Source of the DNA: Stegostoma tigrinum
Taxonomy: Eukaryota
Length of the DNA: 64,000 nt
Assembly: GCF_030684315.1 (NCBI RefSeq)
Contig: NC_081387.1
Span: forward strand, 11,882,867 to 11,946,866
Direction of reading: 5' to 3'
In this document: positions 27,040-40,281 of the stretch, piece after piece
Numbering within the stretch: the first letter of the stretch is position 1
Layout: every line of letters starts with the position of its first letter
Made by a program: the position numbers and the translations under genes
Notes under the pieces: generated by a model
What the model was told of the DNA's origin: nothing
Database searches by the model: none
What the model saw: the letters and a program-made list of their open reading frames with translations, nothing else

Positions 27040-30000
27040 TTGTTTTCCTCAACTCACACTAAATTCTTTTTACCTTAAAATTACAACCCTTTATAGCTAA
27101 CCCTTCAAATAAAGAGAACAGTTACTTTCTACCTATACTGTTCATGTGTCTGATCATTTTTTATTCATCAATTATGTCCTCTCTTAGCCTTTGTTGATGT
27201 GCTGAAAACAACCTAAGCTTATCCAGCCTCCATTCATAGCCAAACCACTCCACTTCAGGCAACATCTTCGTGACTCTCCTCTGCATACCCTCCAACACAT
27301 TGACATCCTTCCTTTAGTGACACAGAACTGTAACAGGTTCAACATATCTTCTCAGCTTTTATAATCTATGCCACGACTGATAAAGACTAAAGTCCCTTAT
27401 GTTTTCAGAACTATTACAAACCTATCACCTTCAGGGATCTGTAGACAAACGCTCTAAGATCCCTCAATTCACCTGAACTTCCTAGTGTCCTGCCATTCCT
27501 TACATACTGTTTGTCTTTTTATTTCCCTGAACGGCACCAGCTCACATTTATGACGGTTAAATTCCATCTGACAGCAATCTACCCATATGACCAATCTTTC
27601 TATATCCTCCTGTAAACTAGGACATTCTTCCTCACTGTTGACCACCTGGTTAACCTTTGTGTTGTCTGTAAACTTATATATCATCCGTCCCCACCCTCAC
27701 ACATTGTCTTCCATATCATTTGTGTATATCACAAGCAACAAAGAGCTAAGCAATCACCTCTTTGGTACACTACTGAACGCAGGCCTCCAATCATACAAGC
27801 AGATTTCCAGTATGGCCTTATATCCCCATACAGCAAGCCAATTTTGGATCCGCCTTGTCAAGTTACCCTGGATCCCATGGGGCTACGTTTTTTTTATCAG
27901 TCTTTCCTGTGGAACCTTGCCAAAGGCCTTGCTGAAATCCATACAATTGCCACCAACCATACTATCCTCATGTATACACCTGGTCACCTCCTCGAAAATT
28001 CCTATCGATTTTTTAGGCATGTCCTCCCTCTAAAATCCATGATGACAATCCCAAATCAAACTTTGCCTCTCCAAATGGAAATTAAGTTCCTCCTTCAGAT
28101 TTTATTCAGTCAGCTCCTTGCCACTGATGTTTGAGTGGTAAGAGGCGGTTACAGAGTAAATTCCTGGAATTTGACCCAGCATCATGCATAATTAACATAA
28201 TTCCCTCACTTTTAATCATTCACACATAAGGGGCATTGCTGGCTAGGCAGCATTTTTTTCCCAGGGGGCAGTTAAGAGTCAACCACATTGCTGTGGGTCA
28301 GGACTCAAATGTAGGGATGGTGTTAGTGAACCAGGTAAGGTTTTTACCCCAACAATCGGCAAGAGATTCATTGACGAGATTAATTCCAGATATTTATTGA
28401 ATTCAAATGCCACCATTGAAGCCAAGTCCCCAGAATGTTAATTGGGTTTCTGGATTAACAGTCCAGTGATAATACTTCCAGGCTATCACCTCCCCATTAG
28501 TATCACCCTGTGCCAATATTCAACTCTGCCAAAAAGTCTCAATAACCTGATCAACATCTTCAATTGATAAAATGGTTCCTTACGAAACGTGTCTTTACCA
28601 TTGAGATAGCTCGCATTGTTCATTATCTTCTGAATCATTTCAATCTTGTTGCAAATCACTGTCTTTTCATCACATGCAGTAAGTTGGGTTGTGTGGTGGC
28701 TCAGTGGTTAGTATTGCCGCCTCACAAAACATGTGTCTGCGTGGATTTCTTCCCGCAGTCCAGAAATGTGCATGTTAGCAGGATTGGCCATGCTAAATTG
28801 CCCATGGTGCCCAGGGACGTGCAGGCTAGGTGGATTAGCATGGTAAATGCAGGGTTACAGGAATAGAGTGGGATGTTCTTCCGGAAATCGGTGTGCACTT
28901 GATGGGCCAAATGACCTGCTTCCACGCTGTCGAGATCCTACGAATGAATTGCACCTTTTGTTTTTATTACGCTCATTTGAAAAGCAAGCAATTCCCTTAT
29001 GTTCTACAATCCGGAAGTAAGCCCTAATATTTACCTGGATTTTTTTTTCTTCAAGCTACTTTATGATCTAAAAAAACCCATGCAATAAATTACATCTTTT
29101 TAAAATTTAGGGAGCAACGTACAGTTACACTATCTACCCTAACACTAACTATAGTTTCCGAGGACTCAGACAGTGACCGCCCAACTTCGGATTCTGTGGT
29201 CGATAGAGTGCTACAAGATTCTAACTAAGTTAATACATTTCACGTCTTCAGGATTGTAACTTAGTTTAGTTAATAGTACTGTTATCGTGCTTGTCAGCAA
29301 TTCCTCAACTGTAGGGTATTGATTCTTGACTGAAAACGCTGACTGAGAACAATTTGCAGAGGAAACAGAAAAGAGATGCACCTACTCTGTGAATATTTCG
29401 AAAGTATGAATATGTATTAATATCTCATGGTTCTTCAGTCTATCCATCTAAGCTTCATAACATTAATGCTAACGTTATAAATCACTCCGAAAAATTCATC
29501 GGAATCATTACATGGAATGTTCAAAACTGTTATCGTTCCTTAATATGTTATGATGATTCTAAGACACCGAATTACTAAACTACTCATGACATATTCTTCA
29601 ATTTAGTTGTATCCACGTTGTTAACCATTTTTGTTCACTTGGTATTTTTTTTTTAAAAATGGAGCCAACATCCAAAGAGAAAGACAAGTTGGCATGCAAT
29701 TTGTTGAAAGATTTATATTAATTTCAATTACCTTGATATCACTGAATTATGTATGAACATAAGCAAATGGAGAAATTTAATTCAAAGTTTGTGTGGTCCT
29801 CCGTCTAACTTCATAACTCTAATGCTAACAGTATAACTGGCCAGCATTTTGCGCCCATTCCAGTTACCCTTGAGAAGGTGGTGATGAGCTGCCTTCTTGA
29901 ACTGCTGCAGCCCACCAGTCCATTGACTCACAATGCCACCAGGGAGGGAATTCCGGTTTTTGACCGAGTGAAGTGAAGGGAGGGGGATATATTTCAAAGC

Positions 30001-32960
30001 CATTATCTTTTACATCAATGTGTTGGGCTTGCCCACGGTTGAGGATGGAAACATTTTTGAAGCCTCCTTCCCTTGTGGGTTATTTGTGTTCCAATGCTCA
30101 TGATTGGATGTAGCAGAACAGCAGATCATTTGTCTGATCCCTTTGTTGTTCAGTCACTCAGCTCTGCCTATCCATTCTTTATAGTGCTGTCATGAAAGTA
30201 AGCATGTTTAGTAGCTTCAGCGGATTGACACCTCATTTTAGCTGTACCTGCTTCTGATCGAGGCATCTACTCTTGCATTCCTCATTGAATCAGGACTGAT
30301 CCCTGATGTTTTGGTAATGCTAAAGAAGTTGATATTCCAGGCCGTGAGGGGCACAATGCATTTGAAAACAATTTTGCTGCGGGTGATGGTCTGTAGGGCC
30401 TCAGAGAAGCTGAGTCCTGAGTTGTTTGATCTGATCGATGTCTATTACATTTAGGACGGCAATAGTACCAAACAAAATGATGTGTGCGCTCAGTGTGAAG
30501 TTGAGACTTTAGTTCGAATAAGGACCATGAGGCCATCACTTCGACATCTATTGACATGTGCAGATGCACCTTGAACAGGCAGGCTAGAGAAAATGAGGTC
30601 AGGAATGTCTTCACTCCATTTCCTCTGTTCCCTCACCACCTGCTACAGACTCAGTGAACAAACGTGCCCTTTCAGACTCCATCAGCTTGGTCAATAGTGT
30701 TAGTGATAATGGGAACTGCAGATGCTGGAGAATCCGAGATAACAAAGTGTGAAGCTGGATGAACACAGCAGGCCAAGCAGCATCTCAGGAGCACAAAAGC
30801 TGATGTTTCGGGCCGAGACCCTTCATCAGAGAGGGGGATGGGGAGGGGGTTATGGAATAAATAGGGAGAGGGGGGGAGGCGGACCAAAGATGGAGAGAAA
30901 AGAAGATTCGTGGAGAGGAGAGTATAGGTGGGGAGGTAGGGAGGGGACAGGTCAGTTCAGGGAAGACGGACAGCTCAAGGAGGCGGGATGAGGTTAGTAA
31001 GTAGGAATGGAGGTGCGGCTTGAGGTGGGAGGAAGGGATGGGTGAGAGGGAAAACAGGTTAGGGAAGCGGAGACAGGCTGGGCTGGTTTTGGGATGCAGT
31101 GGGGGGAGGGGACGAGCCTGCCTGGTTTTGTGATGCAGTGGGGGGAGGGGAAGAACTGGGCTGGTTTTGGGACGCAGTGGGGGAAGGGGAGATTTTGAAG
31201 CTTGTAAAGTCCACATTGATACCATTGGGCTGCAGGGTTCCCAAGTGGAATATGAGTTGCTGTTCCTGCAACTTTCGGGTGGCATCATTGTGGCACTGCA
31301 GGAGGCCCATGATGGACATGTCGTCTGAGGAATGGGAGGGGGAGTTAAAATGGTTCGCGACTGGGAGGGTCACCTGCACATCTGCCAATGTGGTATACTA
31401 TATTCATTGTACCCGGTGTGGCTTCCTCTACAATGGGGAAACCATGTGGAGGCTTGGGGACCGCTTTGCAGAAAACCTCCGCCTCCGCCCACTGCATCAC
31501 AAAAACAGCCAGGCTCGTCCCCTCCCCCCAACTGCGTCCCAAAACCAGCCCAGCCTGTCTCTGCCTCCCTAACGTGTTCTTCCTCTCACCCATACCTTCC
31601 TCTCACCTCAACCCGCACCTCCGTTTCCTACCTCCTACCTCATCCCGCCTCCTTGACCTGTCCGTCTTCCCTGGACTGACCTATCCCGCCCCCCACCTCC
31701 CCACCTACACTCTCGTCTCCACCTATCTTCTTTTCTCTCCATCTTCAGTCCGCCTCCCCCTCTCTACCTATTTATTCCAGAACCCCCTCCCCATCCCCCT
31801 CTCTGATGTCTAGGCCCGAAACATCAGCTTTTGTGCTCCAGATGCTACTTGGCCTGCTGTGTTCATCCAGCTTCACACTTGGTCAATAGTGTTGCTGTCG
31901 AGCCAATCCTAGTCATTCACTTCGAAAGCCGCGACCACAGAGTGCATTTTGTGCTCCTGACATCTTTAGAACTTCCTACAAGTGGTATTCAGCATTGATG
32001 AGTATCGATTAGTCAGCCAAGGGAGCGAGCAACGAAGTTGTCAGCAGATTTCATTCTCCACATTTCCAAATACAACCACTATTGTACTGGATGGTTTGCG
32101 AATTTATGGGGGAGTCAATGAGAAGATCTCCTGTGGAAACTTCATCCCGGCTCTATGCCTCTGAACAACCACTTCTGTTGGTCTGTCTGCCGTTAGGGTA
32201 GAACCTCATCAAGAGAGGAAATGCCAGAAGCGCACAAACGTGCCGGATGATTTCTTTATCAGCATCAGCTGCTTCAGGGCGTCTACCTGAACTGTTAAAC
32301 AAACTGATTCTCCCTCCCAGTGGGGGAACACTTCAGCCGTTAAAGCCATTCGCCCTTAGAACTTCGCATAAAAGTCCTCCCAGGCCCACTTCGGAATAAC
32401 CAACAATGCAGAGTCGCCGAGCAGAGGCTGATAGCCATGTTCGGTTCTCATGAGGATGGCCTCAACCGGGATCTTGCGTTCATGTCTCACTACAGGCGAC
32501 CCCGCCGCACGATACAATATCACTCACAGTCTCACACAAACACTCTCTCACACGCTGGCATACGCACACAAATACACTCAAACACACAAACTCACATGGG
32601 CACTCTGTCTCACACACACACACTCTCCCTCACACTCAATTGGTACACACTCTCAGTCAAGCACACACACACGCAGACACACACACACTTTCTCCCTCAC
32701 ACTCAATTGGTACACACTCTCAGTCAAGCACACACACACGCAGACACACACAGACACACACACACACTTTCTCCCTCGCACGCGCATAAAGGTACGCACA
32801 CAAATATATGAATCTGTGGGGTGAATTTGCAGATTTGTAATAGCAGATGTTTTCTATTTTGTTCAAAAAGAGCACAATTTGTAGACCGTCAATGTGGCAT
32901 TTTATAAATCGGATTTATATAAATCGCATTTTATAAATGGAAATAAATCAAGTCTGATTT
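27040..32960 (+). repeat. Segmental duplication, copy 2 (immediately downstream of gene A)
   Basis: Same order of unique and repeat blocks as 5-7850. Lacks about 3300-6120 of copy 1 and carries its own SINE and PLE insertions. Confidence 0.9.
30702..31877. mobile_element. Inverted Penelope insert (GIY-YIG 3' ends in opposite orientations) with 16-bp TSD
   Basis: TSD cttggtcaatagtgtt at 30686-30701 and 31878-31893; the empty site is seen in copy 1 (~6984-6999). TCTSANVVYYIHCTRCGFLYNGET on +, VANHFNSPSHS...LGTLQPNGINVDF on -. Confidence 0.93.
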
Positions 32961-34186
32961 CAAAGGGATACACAACCCGATTCTAAACAACGCCTCACAG
33001 CTAAAACGCATTGTCTGACCTGGGATATCACCTCTGCTGCACTGAGGGAATTGCTAAAACCTTTAGTGATCTTGGGCAGTGACTTGAAAGAAATACGGAA
33101 ATTTGCATATTTATCCTCTCTGACTGATTAAAAATTGAAGAGCCATTTTTCTGTTTTTTTTTTCAACATCCCATCAGTTCTAGGACACTTTGTTCTTTAA
33201 TTATAAATTCTGTGTCCGATGCCACCTGTCTCACCGACACCTAAGGAGTGAGATTCCGAAAGCTTGTGTCTTCAAATAAACCTGTTGGACTATAACCTGA
33301 TGTCGTGTGATTTTTTTTTTGACCTTGTCTTTTCCGTTGATACAAATCCAACCTGTACACTGTTCTCAGCGTTTCCTGTTTTGTTTCCGGTTTTCAGCAT
33401 TTGTGTTTTAAGAGCATATAAACAGGCAAATGGAACATATGAACTGGAAGCTAATGGAGGCCACTGGGGCCCTCCAGTCCTGCACCACCATGCATTTGAT
33501 TACTTCAAATTCTCAGCTATCCCTGATGACCTTCCACCCACGTGCTAATCATAAATCTTTCTGCCTCCGCCTTGAAAGACGTTCAGATTCTCCGCCTCCG
33601 CCATCTTTCAAGGAAGATACTTCGAGACACCAAATAAACCCTACAAGACAATAAAAAAACTCATCTCCATCTTAAACGGTGAGCCTTCTTTTAAAAAAAC
33701 GCACGATGATACATCATGCTTCGTTCTATCACAAGCAGCAACATTGTCTCTAAATCCACCCTATATATATTCATTTCAATCAAACTATCGCTTACACTTC
33801 TAAACCCCAGCGGACATAAACCACGCTTGCCCTATGTTTCCTCATGATACAATCTGCTGATTCCAGACGAGAAAGCATTTTCTGAATGGCTTCAATGCAT
33901 TTACATTGTTCTTTAAATAGGGTCCACCGTTATCCAAGAAAGATTTCACCAGTGTCCTGCAGAAATTATTACTTTTAAATTCGATTCCTATGACAATAAA
34001 CAACAACATTAAATTTGCTTTCCAATTCGTTGCTGCGCCTGTATACTTAATTTCGTTCGATTCATGCACTGGGATACGCAACCCACTCGATAACTCGGAA
34101 TGCACCGTGCGTAATCGAAAACAATACATTCCAGCCATGAGGAAAGAGTAAAAATAAATGTTCAATGTTAGGCAGTCAAGCCAGAT

Positions 34187-35723
34187 CAACACATTGCAAT
34201 GGCAGAAAATGATGTGGATCAGGCCAATTAACTACACATTTTAGGGTAAGGAGAAAACCGATTTGGAATAAATATCGTGGAGTTTTAGGAATAAATTTAA
34301 TACCAGAAAGTCAGGAATGCACTCTTGGTCAGACGAGAAAGTATTAAGCAATTTCTTCCATTGCATCACATCTTGGGTCACGGCTGTTTTCACACAGAAG
34401 ATGAGCGGTCATTTTCTCCGCACACTTTCATGTTCAACTCGAATGCACAAGACAGAAATAGATCTGAGTATAAATATTTGGGCAACGATTCTGCCTTCTG
34501 GTAACAACGTTCTCAATGCGTTTTATTTATCTGATTATGTCCGAATAGATTGTCCATTGTTCGCTGTTAGCAGGACCCCATGCAAAATAACCATTGGGAA
34601 TTTCATTCATTTTGTAACGCAGCATTTAAAATTCCAGACGGCCCTTGCTGTCCATGCAAGCTAATGCGTTTATCTGATTCCCATCGCTATTGTGTTTAAA
34701 TTCGGATTTCGGCACCGCTACAGCACGCTCTCGCTTTCCTTTGCAGCAAGCAATAAGAAGAAGGTCAATCACTGAAGGAGCCAAGAGCATTTTTGTGCAG
34801 CTCACTACATAGTCAAATGTTACAAGTATTCTTCAAAAGTATTGTGGAGGGTTTGCTTATCATGATCATACCTAGTGAAAAAACTGTTCTTTGTATAATT
34901 TCAGAATCTAGTGGTAAGATGCAAATTGCCTCTCTGGCCTAGGCATCATAAGCATGTATGGAATACATGATCCAGTATCTCTAATTCACAGCATTATGCA
35001 ACAGTAACACAATATTTCATATAACTACATGTTTTTATTTTTCTTTATTCATTCACGGGATGAGGGAATCCTGGATAGACAGCATTTATTACCCATCCCT
35101 AATTGCCCAGAGGGCAGTGGAGAGTCAAACACACTACTGTGGGTCTGGAGTCACATGTAGCTGTGCCAGGTAAGGATGGCAGTTTCCTTCCCTAAAGGAC
35201 ACTAGTGAACAAGGGATTGATATATTTCTTCATTTGTTTCCAACTACTTTTAAATATTTATGACTTAAATTATCATTTCAAGTTAGATATAGTAGGTATT
35301 GAATGAAAATTAAACCTATCTCGGTAGTAAAATTGCCATCGTACAGTGACCACTTGTAAAGTAGGTAACTGGATTATAGCACAAACAATTAATCTATATT
35401 TACACTACTAACTATGTGAAATGTGGAAATAACATGGTCCCACTTGTATGCTTTATGCTCACTTTTGTTTCGATCATTTATACATTGACGTGGAGATTTT
35501 ATGCTGTTAGAAACACACGGAAGTGGTTATGCTCCAATTCATCGCATGTGCCAGTTAATCCAAAGTTGGTTAGAAGCAACACATTGCAATGGCAGAAAAT
35601 GATGTGGATCAGGCCAATTAACTACACATTTTAGGGTAGGGAGAAAACCGATTTGGAATAAATATCGTGGAGTTTTAGGAATAAATTTAATACCAGAAAG
35701 TCAGGAATGCACTCTTGGTCAGA
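34187..35723 (+). repeat. 147-bp direct repeat (34187-34333 / 35577-35723), one mismatch
   Basis: caacacattgcaatggcag...gcactcttggtcaga occurs twice. Confidence 0.95.
34862..34913 (+). pseudogene. Candidate decayed leader exon of NCR3-like gene B
   Basis: ATG plus 52 nt ending in phase 1 at GTAAGA, the same length and phase as the gene C leader. The peptide MIIPSEKTVLCIISESS is only weakly hydrophobic. Confidence 0.35.
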
Positions 35724-36680
35724 AGGAGAGAATTTGGCTGGTCATCTTTCAACACAAACTTGTCACAAGTGAAATGTTTTCTTTATGTCAATGGACCAGG
35801 CCAAGCGTCCTGGTACTCTACACCCAAACATCTTCTTATTTTAAAATTAAGTGCTATTCTGGATGTGATTCAATTGGTCAAACCACCAGATTTGAAGGAA
35901 AATACACTTCAATCATACACTATAGCTAAAATACAACAAAAGATAGAAGGAATTGGAATAACCTAACTCAGTTGGAAAACTTAACAGAATAACAGATCAT
36001 TTAACTAATAAACAGCAACTTCAAAAATAGTAACATCCCACAAACATATCCTTGGCAAATGGCAAATTCAGTATAACAGATTACCTCACATGCAAGTCTA
36101 GCAGCAGTAAGGAAAATATGAAGAGAATACTCTGAGATAGAGAGAGTAGCGGGGAAAGATGTACTGCAGCTTTCATCCAGGCCCAAGACCCTAGCAACTG
36201 CAAATGAAAAAACCAGAACTAAAAACCCTGATTCTGTGGGAGCTTGTTCCACTCAGTCAGGCTGCTTCTATTGTTCTTACTTTAAATAAAACTCAAGGCC
36301 TCATCAACAGTTCACTTTACTGAATCTAACTGGACAGGTCTGTGCCGCTGTCCTAAAGCCTCGCTTCAAAATGACAAAAAAAGGGACAAAATGCATTTTT
36401 AAAGCCACAGTATCATTACAAGTTAAAGGTAGCTAATACGTCACAAAACAAAGGCAAATACCACAATTAATTGCAGATTACTTGAGGAAATAAGACACAT
36501 GCTATTTGTTCATCTGGAGTAGATAAATACTTTTATTTTATTTTCTCGTGGTTTGTCATCCATGCTGTCCAGCCCAGAATTTTTTGCTCATCTTAATTGT
36601 ATTTCAGAAGCTGGCCATAACCAACTTTCTGGGAAAAGCTGCACTTCATGGGATGCAATTGCAATCATAGCGACCTCTAG

Positions 36681-37012
36681 AAGGAAGTTCAGTATTTTGG
36701 GACATCCAACGGTGAAAGAACAGTGACGTGGTTTGATGTGAAGATGCTGTGTTGCTGAAAATTGAACCTGCAACTGGTGTTGTTATTCTGTTCTGGTAGC
36801 GATCGTCTTGAAGGTGCTGTTGAAAGAGGTGCCCTGATTGGATGCACTGCATTTTGCAAATAGGGCACACAATATGGTGGACAGGTATGTTAGAAATGCA
36901 TTGTTAAAAATTACTGGCACCAAAATAAGTGATTCTGAAATCTATTATTGTGAAATAGAGTACACGACTTATGGAACAAAGTATGGGTCAAGAGCAAATC
37001 TTATCATGAGAA
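36681..37012 (+). pseudogene. NCR3-like gene B, disrupted VJ-type Ig exon
   Basis: After cctctag the 5' half reads GSSVFWDIQR*KNSDVV*CEDAVLLKIEPATGVVILFW*R (stops, B-strand Cys missing). After a frameshift the 3' half reads ALLKITGTKISDSEIYYCEIEYTTYGTKYGSRANLIMR (DxxxYYC and a decayed GxG). Weak donor gtgttt. Confidence 0.8.
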
Positions 37013-37639
37013 GTGTTTTTCTTTTAATCTAGGCTAACAAACAATTCCTAGCTGAATCATAAAAACATGCAACTTGGAACAAGGTGTTTTTTCATCAATG
37101 GAATTTTAGAATTTTAAAGACTCAAAGCTGCTTCTTATGCCATGACGTTCAACGCAGGCTAACCTGAAAGTACAAGAAAGAATGACAAAGGACGGGTTAA
37201 TTTAAGCAACAGTTGGTTGGCTGATTAAAAGTTTGAAGAATAATAGTTAATAGTTTGTACAGGAGCAAGTAGGACTAAGGGCAGCAAGCAGATTTACATT
37301 TTTGCATTCGATGCAAATTAGATTAGGGCACCTCGTAGTGGAAATTCATCATTGAAGATATTACAAATAGGGTTACTAGATGGAGGGCCTTTATATTCAA
37401 TATCTGGTATTCAGATCCATTACATTACATTACAATTAGCTATCAGACACTGATTAGAACTAGCGTTCAGTTCAAAACTATCAGATTCATGCCACTTTCA
37501 TCGTTCACTTTCAATAGAGGAAATATCCAAAGCTGATGAGCAGAACTACTTGCAAAATGGGAAAATGAGAGGAAGAATTGAACAAGAATGGCAGCCAAGA
37601 TTGAATGTGAAACTAAAGCAACAATCGTTGGGAAATTGC

Positions 37640-38320
37640 CCAGTAGTGTAACATATACACAGGATGGTTAAAAGGCAGTTAGCATGCTTGCCATCATACT
37701 TCAGTCCTTTGAGTGTAGGAGTTGGGAAGTCGTGTTGGGGTTGTTCAGGATTTTGGTGAGACTCTTCTGGAGCACTGTATCCAGTCTGATCGTTCTGTAT
37801 AGGGGCAGACATTGTTAAGCAAGATAGGGTTCAGAAGAGATTTACCAAGATGATGCCGGGTTTGGAAGGTTTGAGTTATAAGGAAAATTTGGATATATTT
37901 GGACTTCTTTAGCTGAGAATAGGAGGTTGAGATTTGATGTTGTAGAGTTTCATGAAATCATGTAGGGTAAAGATAGTGTTAACAGTAGGTGTATTTTCCC
38001 CAGGATTGATGACCTCATGACCTGGGGACATATTTTTAAGATGAGAGATGAGAAACTTTAAAGAAGCGACATGGGACAGAGTTTTTTTTTTACCCATTGA
38101 GGATATTCACGTGTGGAATGAACTTCCTGAAGGTGTGATAGATGTGAGCATAGTTACAACATTTAAAATGCATTTAGATATGTACATGAATATGAAGTGT
38201 TTGGATGGATATGGGCCAGGAGCGGGCAAGTGGGATTAACTTAGTTTGGGACAATAGCAGAGATGGGCTCATTGGATAGAAGGGTCTGTTACTGTGCTGT
38301 TTAACTCTATGACTCTATAT
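37640..38320 (+). mobile_element. CR1 LINE 3' fragment
   Basis: agggttcagaagagatttacc..., VWNELPEGVI...FKMHLDMYMN...GYGPGAGKWD, tatgactc tail. Confidence 0.85.
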
Positions 38321-38339
38321 GCCTTCTTATTCAGTTTAT

Positions 38340-39550
38340 ACACCTACCATGCTATCTTAAGGGACAGTTGTGCATGCACATCAAGGTCCCTCTCATCCTC
38401 GATGCTAACCAGAGACTACCATTCATCAGACATTCCTTGATTTGATTGTCCTGCCCAAGTGCATCACGTTTTCTTTGAACGTCATTTGCCACTGATCAGC
38501 CTGATTGATGAACCCACTTATATTTTCTATATCTGACTCTATCCTCCTCACTGTTTTCCACTCCCAGCAATTACTCGTATGATCCTTTCCAAGCTCATTC
38601 AAAACCATCTATATAAATCACAAACAGCAAGTATCCTAACACTAACCACTGAGGAATCTGACTGGGCACAAACATGCAGTTGGGTTCCATGCTCTATTGG
38701 CCTCCCATGTGGGATCTCATCAAAAGTATTGCCCTCTTCTACACAAAAATTCAGTTAGCTTTGTCAGACATGACCTCACCTTAACAAAACCGTGCTGATT
38801 GTTCTTGATTATTCCCTACCTCTCCAAATGCAAGCTAATATTGCCCGAGATAACAAAGTGTAGAGCTGGGTGAACACAGCAGGCCAAGCAGCATCAGAGG
38901 AGCAGGAAGGCTGACGTTTCGGGCCTAGACCCTCCTTCAGAAATATTGCCGCTTGGAATTGGTTCCCATGTTTTTCCCATCAGTGAGATAAGTCTGGACG
39001 GCCTTTGTCGCATGTAGTTTCCTGGCTTATCCTTTACTCCATTCTTGAATAATGGTACCACATGAGCTGCCCTCCAAAAGCGCTCCATTGGCCAGCAAAG
39101 ACATAAAATTCTTTTTCAAGCATTTCTGCTATTTCCTCCCTTACCTCACTCAACAATCCACGATACATTTTATCCGGCTGTGGAGGTTTATCTACTTTTA
39201 ATCCAGGCAGATCATCAAAGCCTTGTGTGGGTCTGTGCTGGTATCTTTAACTGTGTCATTTACCTTCCCTCTGATGTCTCGGCCTATATCATCCCTCTTA
39301 CTAGTAAACACGGATCTAAAATATTCATTTAAAACCCGACCTGCATCGTCTGGTTCCATGCCCAAATTACCACTGCGGTCCTTGATGAACCTTACTGCTT
39401 TCTTCATTATCTTTTTACCCTGAGAGTACCTGTAAACAATTGATAGGTTCCTTTATTTTATCTGCTAGTTATTTTTCATGTCCCGTTTTAGCTCTCCTCA
39501 GCTACATCTTATGTTAACTCTCACATATTCTGTACTCTTCTGAGGTTTCT
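38340..39550 (-). mobile_element. Degenerate CR1 LINE with an inserted PLE terminus (~38847-38945)
   Basis: WRAAHVVPLFKNGVKDKPGNY; RVLNEYFRSVFT. Confidence 0.8.
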
Positions 39551-40176
39551 GCTGTTTTGAAACTTATCAAGAAACAAATGAGACACAGAAAAAATATGAC
39601 TTGCTAGCAACGTCTGTGAACTAAAATAAAACGAGTCTTATTGACATGGTGAAAGAAATAGACTAACCACTATGTTTACATGAACGAGCCTGAAAAAACT
39701 CAATTCTTCTCGTCTAATGGAGTAGTTATTTTCAGTAGGAAAACGGTACAGTCTCTGCATGACACGATTTTCACAAGATCTAAAGTGCAAGTATTAAACG
39801 AGTCATTTCTGTTTTTCGTCTTCTTTTAGAGAACTGCTACATCTTGTCAGGAAATCCCCCAAAGTAGGGGCTTCAGTTTAATGGTTTAATATTAAGGAAA
39901 CACATGCACATTGTTTATCTACAACAGGAAAATCCCACAGGACAAAATGTTTCGGTTGTGATGCATGCCAACAACAGTTAATGTTGCAATATGTGAATTA
40001 ACACTGAAAACTTATAGTTCAATAAAGTTTTAAGCCAATTTTCATTTCCATATAAATGCATTTCATATTCACTGATCACAGAGTGAATGGAGCACGACCA
40101 CTATAAAGAACAGAATGATAATATTGGGATATAATTTCCTTTCATTTGTTTTAATCCTCCATGCACATTCCTTCAG

Positions 40177-40281
40177 AACAAGCCTATACCACAAGGACCC
40201 TTTTGACCATCATTGCAGTGAAAATAGTTGGATTGATCCTCACAGTGATTTTCTTCAACCAATGCAACTGCCCCATCAAAG
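40177..40281 (+). pseudogene. NCR3-like gene B transmembrane exon (still open; Lys in mid-TM)
   Basis: Acceptor cattccttcag, donor AAG|GTATTA, 105 nt, phase 1-1. Translates EQAYTTRTLLTIIAVKIVGLILTVIFFNQCNCPIK. Confidence 0.65.
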
